A stretch of 64,000 nt of DNA from Laetmonice hystrix (Eukaryota). The notes beneath the pieces are model-generated. The model made no database searches and was not told where the DNA came from. It saw nothing but the letters and a program-made list of their open reading frames with translations. Location of the stretch: positions 11,222,001 through 11,286,000 of the forward strand of contig OZ249439.1 in the NCBI GenBank assembly GCA_965235115.1. Reading direction: 5' to 3'. Positions 51,301 through 60,202 of this stretch are shown piece by piece. How positions within the stretch are numbered: the stretch's first letter is position 1; each line of letters begins with the position of its first letter. The position numbers were made by a program, and so were the translations under genes.

Positions 51301-54300
51301 TCTGTATGGAGGGATGGACGTTCGAGATCTCAACCATCCTCTGTGGTAAGTAGGTATGAATGATCTGTATGGAGTGGTGGACGTTCGAGATCTCAACCAT
51401 CCTCTGTGGTAAGTAGGGCTGAATGATCTGTATGGAGTGGTGGACCTTCGAGATCTCAACCATCCTCTGTGGTAAGTAGGTCTGAATGATCTGTATGGAG
51501 TGATGGACGTTCGAGATCTCAACCATCCTCTGTGGTAAGTAGGTCTGAATGATCTGTATGGAGTGATGGACGTTCGAGATCTCAACCATCCTCTGTGGTA
51601 AGTAGGTCTGAATGATCTGTATGGAGTGATGGACGTTCGAGATCTCAACCATCCTCTGTGGTAAGTAGGTCTGAATGATCTGTATGGAGTGGTGGACGTT
51701 CGAGATCTCAACCATCCTCTGTGGTAAGTAGGTATGAATGATCTGTACGGAGTGACTGACCTTCGAGATCTCAACCATCCTCTGTGGTAAGTAGGTCTGA
51801 ATGATCTGTATGGAGGGATGGACGTTCGAGATCTCAACCATCCTCTGTGGTAAGTAGGTATGAATGATCTGTATGGAGTGGTGGACGTTCGAGATCTCAA
51901 CCATCCTCTGTGGTAAGTAGGGCTGAATGATCTGTATGGAGTGGTGGACCTTCGAGATCTCAACCATCCTCTGTGGTAAGTAGGTCTGAATGATCTGTAT
52001 GGAGTGATGGACGTTCGAGATCTCAACCATCCTCTGTGGTAAGTAGGTCTGAATGATCTGTATGGAGTGATGGACGTTCGAGATCTCAACCATCCTCTGT
52101 GGTAAGTAGGTCTGAATGAACTGTATGGAGTGATGGACGTTCGAGATCTCAACCATCCTCTGTGGTAAGTAGGCATGAATGATCTGTACGGAGTGACTGA
52201 CCTTCGAGATCTCAACCATCCTCTGTGGTAAGTAGGTCTGAATGATCTGTATGGAGGGATGGACGTTCGAGATCTCAACCATCCTCTGTGGTAAGTAGGT
52301 ATGAATGATCTGTATGGAGTGGTGGACGTTCGAGATCTCAACCATCCTCTGTGGTAAGTAGGGCTGAATGATCTGTATGGAGTGGTGGACCTTCGAGATC
52401 TCAACCATCCTCTGTGGTAAGTAGGTCTGAATGATCTGTATGGAGTGGTGGGCCTTCGAGATCTCAACCATCCTCTGTGGTAAGTAGGTCTGAATGATCT
52501 GTATGGAGGGATGGACGTTCGAGATCTCAACCATCCTCTGTGGTAAGTAGGTCTGAATGATCTGTATGGAGGGATGGATGTTCGAGATCTCAACCATCCT
52601 CTGTGGTAAATAGGTCTGAATGATCTGCATGGAGTGGTGGACGTTCGAGATCTCAACCATCCTCTGTGGTAAGTAACAACAAATTAAAGGTAAAACTGTT
52701 GACAAAAAGGAGGAGCAACTGTTCGCTGCCTCCCCCACTCGGTAGGGCCTATATTGGAGGAAATATTAGCCATTCTTGCAGGGCATCACTGTCCAGTATA
52801 TCCAGCAGGTAATGATCAGTTGGTGTTTACAGGAATCCTTGGAACCACGGAGTTGGCCGCCCAAACTGTCGTCCTCAACACCGACTCGCTTCTCTGGGGG
52901 GTGAGTTGGTTTGAGAGAGAGAAAAAAACTGTTGAATATTTATATAAGGAAATATTATGAGCAAGGGTATGGCTCACATATACGGGTGAATGCGGGTGTC
53001 TGGATGATGTGTAGACATAGGTGTGTGTCTTATTTGTGTGATGGTATTTGTAAAGAGTCATATATCTTGTGGGCCAAAACATTTTGGAACACTCTTTTCT
53101 TGACTGTAACTTCTATAATTTTTACCCCAATGTCATATTATTTGGAACATGATATCATCTGGTTATTTGGGGTCTGTGGTACAAATTTCAGATAAATAGG
53201 TCAAAACGTCTACAAATAGGGCCATTTCTAAAAATTCGTGTCAAAAATTGCAATGCCGAACCAGGGTCATTAGCGTGAAGCCGCACATCTGTTAAGCGGG
53301 AAACTGCCCTGAGTCCCGTCGCGTTGAATGACCCAGTTTTCTTGGTGTGTGTCCCATTTAAGGCAGGGTTGTTGCCACTGTGTCTGAATGACGTGACGTC
53401 AAATGTATGAAATGCCCCCTGCCAAAAACTGGTGGCCAGTCCCGACTTAAACCCAATGGATTACACCATTTTGAATTCCCTGTCTGAAAAAGTCTATAAA
53501 GGTCGCAAACAAAAATTCACCGAGAACGAACTAAAGGAGAACATTCGGGAAAGGTGGGAGGGAATTACTCTAGAAGAAGTCAGAAAGTCAGCCGGGATAT
53601 TCAAAAAGAGACTAAGGGCTGTGTGTGAACAGTGAACAGGATGGGGGTCACATCGATCACCTTAAATTGCTTTTTAACTGAAATAGGTGGGTGACACTTA
53701 GGCTACATGGCTCTCCGGCATTGCATCTTTCGACATGTGATGTTTGATTTGTTTCAACATAAAGTGTTTTTGGTCTAGATCTGCCTAAAATTTTCACCAC
53801 AAAATGCTATTAACCATATAACATGATGCCCTAAATATCAGTGACAAACTAAAGAGTGTTCCAGACACAGCGGGACCAACTCTGCCGAGGACGCCCGGTC
53901 CGGCATTGCAATTTTTGACATGCAGTTTTTAAAATGACATTTTGACCTATTTATCTGAAATTTGTACCACATGCCCCAATTACCGAGATGATATCATGCT
54001 CCAAATATTATGACATCGGGTTAAAAATTATAGAAGTTAAAATTTATTAGGCCCACCCGATATATTGCAACGGTCTCCTGGTAGGCCTACGTACCTGTGA
54101 TTATTACAACTAAGTGTATCTTATACCTGTAGGTGTATAGTATATTATATGAGATATGTTGGTTTCAGATCCCGTCCGGTATCTCGGTAGCGGTGAGTAT
54201 CCGGGCTGGACAGTTTCTCGGTAGTGGTGCTCCAGAGGCGGCCAAGAACGCCTCTAGGGTTGGCATGACAATCACAGGTGGGTATACTGCTCCAGTTGAA

Positions 54301-56827
54301 CGCACACGTAATCTGTTTTCAGAGATTCTGAGAATAAACTCGGTTACGCTTGATGCCCGTACCCAGTGGTGATCGAGTCTTTCCATCTCCCCTAAAAAAT
54401 CACACGTCCTCACAAAACTCACCTAGTCACCTCGCCTGCATGTCCGAGTTTTTTCTCAAACGATCATGCAAGAGTTTGGGAGGCTTTTGTCATCCTTTGG
54501 ACATGAAACATTCATAACTAGGCCCTATCACAATACAAATAGATTGAAGAGTACATGGCGAGTAGCAGCCAACAGACTGGTGCCAAACGTATGACCCTTG
54601 TCGCTCTGATTCACCATACAGGATCTACGGCAGCAGTCCTAGCTTTGGTGTTCGCACTCCTACGGTACCAACTGCCAAAACTCTTCACAGACGACAGGCA
54701 AGAACTTTCCTTGGCTTTAAGTTGACGGGTACCATCGAGACACTCAAAAAGGGAGCGATCCAGGCGATATTGATACTAAAACTGACTGACGAATGCTTAG
54801 CACGTAATGCCTTGTCTGACAATCCTATATTTTACTGTATTTTTTTGATTGCTTTTGTTTCCCTTTTTCCAGAGAAGTCCTTGAGATGGTTGCATCCATA
54901 ATACCTTTTCTATCTGCCTACGTCTTCTGTGACGCAGTGACGGTAAGTCACCTGACATGTAGAACCGTTCAAATATTCCAAGACGGAGGGGGTTGATATG
55001 GGATACGAGATGGTGAGCTTACCTATAGTTACCATTTTGGTTCTGCTGCATAGTAAGTTTGGTAAAAAAGAAATCAATAATTTTTATCACGGGTCGAAGT
55101 TGAGAGAAAGCTTTTCAATAGGCCTACCAAGGCTAAAAGACCGGAACCAGAATATGTATGTCGCCAGTTTGGGCCTCGATCCAAACCGCATTTCTCGTCG
55201 AATCGCGCATTGTATCGTGACATACTTATGCTCCCTATAGGCATACACCCAGCCTTCATTATTGGTTCCAGCTGGTCGGTCGGGGCGTCCTACGGGCTGC
55301 CGGGAAACAAATGTTGGCCTCTGTCCCCATTCTGGTGGCCTATTACATCATCGGCCTGCCGATAGGGGTCTCTCTCATGTTCCTCACCCCCCTCGGCATC
55401 TTCGGTATTAACTTTACTTTGGACACATCAAGGGTGACATCCGACCCAGGAATTATCCAGTAAACTGTTGTTTCAAAGTGTCAGAAGTCATTTTCTTCCA
55501 ATGGGGGCGTAAGGCAAGATATAATAAAGTTATCGCCAAGAAGGCATCATCTTATTCTATCGATAGCTCAATTCATAGACTGATCATAGCTCACGTGGCT
55601 GACTATATTGACGTGTTTTTATAAGGCATTTATTGGTCTTATAATGAAAGAATAAAACGTGTTTATTAACTCTGAAATATGTTCTAACTTTTAGGCTTAT
55701 GGTGGAGTTTAGGAATATCCCTCGCACTTGTGGCGTTGAGTTATTTTGTTTGGGTAATCTTCAAAATGGACTGGGAAAAACTTTCTAGAGAGGTGAGTAG
55801 TTCATACTTGTTTTTTGCTCCAGTTCCTTTACGGAACATAATGGTTATCTAAAAGTGCAAGTCCTGATAGGCGTAAAGATAGTTATGGACAAATTCCACT
55901 CGAGTGACACATTGATAAGAGGCGGATCCAGCACTGCAGGTAAGGAGGGGGCCCTCGTGCGTTGAAAGCGCGAGGCGAATATGCACGTGGGGCTTTGGGG
56001 CCCTCCTTCAGAAAATGTTTGAATTTAGAAGGCAAAAAAAAAACCATTTCTTGGCATCTGGAGATAGAAATTGTGAGGTTTCTCAAAGCATTTAGGCCTA
56101 GCCTACCAATAATTTTTGTCACTTCTTCAAAATAGGACTGGAGGATGCCCCCGCCCCCCCTTGGATCCGCAGCTGTATAATTTGATGAGCCCTGTATCCT
56201 AAGCATTCAATGACAAAAGTGCCATATTAAGGGCGAGAATTAAAAGATGCAATGCACAGTCATTTGCTCCATCCCACAACTCTTTGCTCCACCTTAACCC
56301 CAGTAATCCACATTGCAGGCCATGGAGCGAAGTTCATCCGATAAGGGCGAACTAAAGACGGAAGACTACGACAAAACGCCTGAGTTTACGAGAAAGAATA
56401 GGACGGAAGTGTCAGAGAAAACACGTGAGTTTCCCTCAGTCATGTGTCTCAATGCCCTGCTCATAAAATGCAAAATCAGCTGTGAAATATTTGTCTTTTT
56501 GGGTCTTTTTGGATAATAATTTATTGCTGACCAGATACAACCAAATTCTCCGTGGTTATCATTTCAGCACTCCTGGCGAACCACGTCATAATGAATGGTA
56601 CTGTGAAGAGGGAGGACCCAGAGGAGCCCATGGGTGAACTGGTGGCGCCTCTAACGGACAACACCGGAATCAGTTGTTCCTTGATATTCCGCCGGGTGGC
56701 CACCATGCTGATATTTGTGGTGGTTCTCCTATGTGGCATCCTCGCCAGGATATTTACACCAGATGTGTTTTCTGAACAAATATTCAACGAAACAACAACG
56801 ATAGGCTCCGTACCAGTAACTTTATAG
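45349..56827 (+). CDS. SLC47A1: MATE (SLC47A-like) transporter, paralog B; 18 exons, 606 aa
   Basis: Exons: 45349-45415, 47397-47512, 48025-48126, 48332-48400, 48532-48580, 49042-49141, 49416-49458, 49591-49733, 50401-50498, 50728-50841, 52833-52900, 54169-54277, 54622-54697 (GC donor), 54873-54942, 55272-55404, 55695-55792, 56319-56424, 56568-56827. These sum to 1821 nt, in frame. Internal exon lengths are identical to paralog A (102, 69, 49, 100, 43, 143, 98, 114, 68, 109, 76, 70, 133, 98). The first exon is less certain. The symbol denotes family only. Confidence 0.9.
45984..46155. mobile_element. 172-bp hAT-like MITE (CAGGGCCGTRCCCAG TIRs)
   Basis: 15-bp TIR with one mismatch; CTAGA on both flanks (a full 8-bp hAT TSD is not evident). 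Confidence 0.55.
47513..47975. repeat. 29-bp minisatellite starting at the donor of MATE-B exon 47397-47512, ~15 copies
   Basis: Unit CTTCCAGTGCCCTTCACTGTATCCTTGAC; the donor itself reads GTCAGTGACCTTCACT. Confidence 0.9.
48735..49010. repeat. Degenerate G-rich repeat (GGGGGCAGTGATAG-like) just upstream of MATE-B acceptor 49041
   Basis: Recurring (CA)GTGATAG motifs separated by G runs. Confidence 0.7.
49750..50120. repeat. ~11-bp repeat (CACTCAGACAA / CATTCAGACAA / CACTAAGACAA)
   Basis: Begins ~15 nt after the donor at 49734. Confidence 0.9.
50793..52675 (+). repeat. 63-bp minisatellite of the last 49 nt of MATE-B exon 50728-50841 plus 14 nt of donor/intron, 30 copies
   Basis: Unit ATGATCTGTATGGAGTG(G/A)TGGACGTTCGAGATCTCAACCATCCTCTGTG|GTAAGTAGGTCTGA. 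Donors at 50842+63n up to 52669. Confidence 0.96.
53061..54064 (+). mobile_element. Non-autonomous Tc1/mariner (maT/DD37D-like) element with C-terminal transposase fragment, copy 1
   Basis: ORF 53432..53635 SPDLNPMDY...ELKENIRERWEGITLEEVRKSAGIFKKRLRAVCEQ followed by GGHIDHL-like codons. Long (~130-150 bp) imperfect TIRs; right end ...AGGCCCACCCGATA|TA. Confidence 0.85.
54698..54703 (+). other. Non-canonical GC 5' splice site (GC-AG intron) in MATE-B
   Basis: The exon must be 76 nt by paralogy (KLFTDDR vs KLFTNDP). The boundary falls at GACAG|gcaaga, and the next exon 54873-54942 is phase-compatible. Confidence 0.8.
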
Positions 56828-58432
56828 TAATTCGTCAAGCTGTAAACTAGCTAATTACTTATTGGCCTATACGGCCGTATGGAGATCTTTCAGTCAACAT
56901 TTTGAATACAGCGGCGCTTGAACAAGACAGAACTTTACAAGTTTAATCTACGTAAATCAGCCATGAATAGATATTGCTGAGAGAAAAGACTCAGGTAGAG
57001 ACAATTGTCGTGACAAGTTAAGGCCTAAAGTCTACTCTCAGTTTTGGATGTTTTTATGTTATTTGATATTTCTTGACGAGCTAGGGATGTTTGTGACACG
57101 ACAGGCTTGAGAGAACCCACAAGGGTGTGGTTGTCGTTTATACCCTTTTTGTTGATGTTGATATACCTGTTGACACCAGTTGGCGCCCGTTTGGAGCCTG
57201 ATGAACAAAAATTTGCTCGCACGTGTAGAATTCTGTGTGAGGCGCAATAAATCCATTTTATGGACGGGGACGTCAGTATCTGACAGCCACTCTGTGACAT
57301 GTTTGTTTTCCATCTGTCATTTTTTTTAGGAAAAAGGTACATTTACTGTACATACTTATCTATGTGCTCCGCCTTCTCTGATCTATACCTACTAATATCA
57401 ACACGGTATACCTTAGTTGTAATAGTCGCTACAAACCACCTCGGCCTGGGACCTCGGTCTGGGACGGCCAAGGACGCCCATGGAGGAAGACTCTATGAGA
57501 TTTGACCTAGCCTGGAGATACGAACATAGAGGGTAGAATATGACAGATTATTGTATGATTACAATATGTCCTTGTATGCCACGTCAGGCCCGTTCGACGC
57601 GTACTGCTGACCTGCTGAATCAGCCCAGATACATGAACAAACGCTAAAGGTGAAGGTTAAAGTATAACACTCAGCCTACTAAAGTAATCCACATTTCCAT
57701 CAAGCTTGTTTCCTCACGAGACAGACACTATTATTTTTTTATGTCTTAAGGCTGAGAATAAGCAGCCACTGTACACAGATCTACTTCCCCCTTTCATAGC
57801 TAGCCAATAGCGGTTGCAGTTACCAAAAGAAAAGTTTATTTTCAAATTATAAATGAACCTGCCAATGGTAACTATATCTGTGTGTGGCGGCCGACTTAGC
57901 CCTGACGAAGCTGTCACCTTACAACAGCGCAGAAAGGGAGCTACCATTTACAATGGGGGTGGGAAGCGGTTCAGGCAAAAAAACAGAAAAGGAAAGAAAT
58001 TATATCCGTTAAGGTTGTATGTCCAGCAGCGATACTGACAAGGGACGATGGATCAGGAGATAACCTGTTTTTTCCCCACCGTTTTCCATCTAATGATATG
58101 CATGGAGAAATGGGATTGAGGTGCTCTGTTGGTTTAAATGATGTAAAGAAGATGAGACATAATAGTGTAGCATAAAGGTACAATTTCATTGACACAGAAA
58201 TTGAACTGTCATAAAATCATATCTGTCAGAATTCTGCCCTGCCATCCCTAGGGTATTGAACTAAATGGTAGCTTCCCCAGGTCGAAGCGAGTTGTCGTTA
58301 AAAGGAGGGGCGGTTTCGGTGACGGGCTCGATCTGTGTTACATGCCTACTCAGTACTGTACTCGGGCTGAACATGTAGACACCGTGACCGTATCACCAAC
58401 AGTGGACAGTAACGTTACAGTAACTTTGGAAG

Positions 58433-58469
58433 ATGTTACCGGACAAGGAGGACGTTAACGGAGCTAAAG
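58433..58469 (+). CDS. Candidate first coding exon of MATE paralog C (MLPDKEDVNGAK G)
   Basis: ATG plus 37 nt ending in phase 1, as the exon at 60203 requires, but the donor AAG|gtcgat is weak. Confidence 0.3.
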
Positions 58470-59142
58470 GTCGATGGTTTTTTATTTCTACGCTAGCTCG
58501 GGACCAAAGCGTAGCTTAGACTATATAACCAATTCGGGTCGCCCTTGTTTGTTGTTTTTCTTCAATATTCTTTCAAAATTGTTTAGAGTTAGGAATAGGG
58601 GGAAGGGTGAGGAGGGATAGTCTACCTTCTATACCAGAATTCTACAATAACCACAATAATAAGTGTTTCGGCGCTGACCTGCATAGGACGTGTGACATTA
58701 CAGCTGGATGTGTTACCTGAGGTAAGGCACAGAGTTAGAAGTCCTGAACTTCTGAAGCACGACCGGATGCTTTACAATCTTTAAGTGCAGCAATACACGA
58801 CATGATGAGGCTTTGATAACGTGTCACAGCGTACATCACAGCCAGTGATAACTCTTTCATCCGTGATATCGCCTATATCAGTGATATCCCTTAGATCGTA
58901 CCAAAGACGCCACCTGGCGAGGAGTATCGACACGTATTTATACCACAACCATTTACACAACGCTCAAACATGGCGACCCTGACTCTAAAGATATATTGAC
59001 ACTAGCGCCAGATAGACATGTTTCTCTGAGAATAATATATATAATTTTCTAATATTTTCCCTTACTTTCTCAGTATTTTACAGATACAACATTATCTGTA
59101 CGCTGTTGATCAAACATTGTCAATATCGGATAGGCCTAGGCC

Positions 59143-59934
59143 TATATCGGGTGGGCCTAAAAATTTTGGAACACTCTTTTCTTGACTGTAACTTCTATAA
59201 TTTTTACCCCAATATCATATATAGCTTCTACAATTTTCATAGTTTGTCACTGATATTTAGGGCATCATGTTATATCGTTAATTTTGTGGTACAAATCTTA
59301 GGCAGATATGCCAAAAACTCTTTATGTGGAAACAAATCAAACATCACATGTCGAAAAATGCAATGCCGGAGAGCCATGTAAGTGTCACCTACCTATTTCA
59401 GTTGAAATGAAAAGGTGATTGATGTGACCCCATCCTGTTCACTGTTCACACACAGCCCTTAGTCTTTTTTTCAATATCCTGGCTGACTTCCTGACTTCTT
59501 CTAGAGTAATTCCCTCCCACCTTTCCCGAATTTTCTCTTTTAGTTCGTTCTCGGCGATTTTTGTTTGCGACCTTTATAGACTTTTTCAGACAGGGAATCC
59601 CAAATGGTGTAATCCATGGGGTTTAAGTCGGGACTGGCCACCAGGTTTTGGCAGGGGGCATTTTTATGCATTTGACGTCACGTCATTCAGACACAGCGGC
59701 AACAACCCTGCCTTAATTGGGACACGCACCAAGAAAACTGGGTCATTCAACGCGACGGGACTCAGTTCCCGCTTAAAAGACGTGCGGCTTCACGCTATTT
59801 GACCTATTTATTTGAAATTTGCACCACCGACCCCAAATAACTGGATGATATCATGTTCCAAATATTATGCCATTGCGGTAAAAATTATAGAAGTTACAGT
59901 CAAGAAAAGAGTGTTCCAAAATTGTTGGCTATCT
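59143..59934 (-). mobile_element. Second, inverted copy of the same Tc1/mariner-derived element
   Basis: Reverse complement of the transposase fragment at ~59430-59650. 44-bp perfect inverted repeat TTTTGGAACACTCTTTTCTTGACTGTAACTTCTATAATTTTTAC near both ends; left end TATATCGGGTGGGCC. Confidence 0.85.
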
Positions 59935-60202
59935 CTTCCCTTAATAATTCGAAAATTAATACAGCTATGGGCTGTAAGGATAGATAAGGCCTTAGACTAG
60001 GCCTACATACATCAATAAACGTATACCCACAGAAATGGAGACATCTAATGTAATTCAACATTCCAGTTGCCCGCCCGATGAATTTCATTGGCTGTTCAAG
60101 TCAACGATTTTGTCAACAACGAGCCATAAGCCGATCGAATCAAAACGATCACAGGCAACTGGAATGTTGATTTTAATTACTCGAGATTATTCATCTATGC
60201 AG

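Noticed and set aside
50747-52738. 663-aa and 621-aa minus-strand ORFs
   Set aside because: By-products of a 63-bp (3n) repeat that lacks stops on the antisense strand; the unit is derived from a plus-strand MATE exon and donor.
58705-58722. Possible micro-exon ACAG|CTGGATGTGTTACCTGAG|GTAAGG upstream of MATE-C
   Set aside because: Good splice shape, but coding phase and compatibility cannot be established; it could be a UTR exon and needs cDNA.
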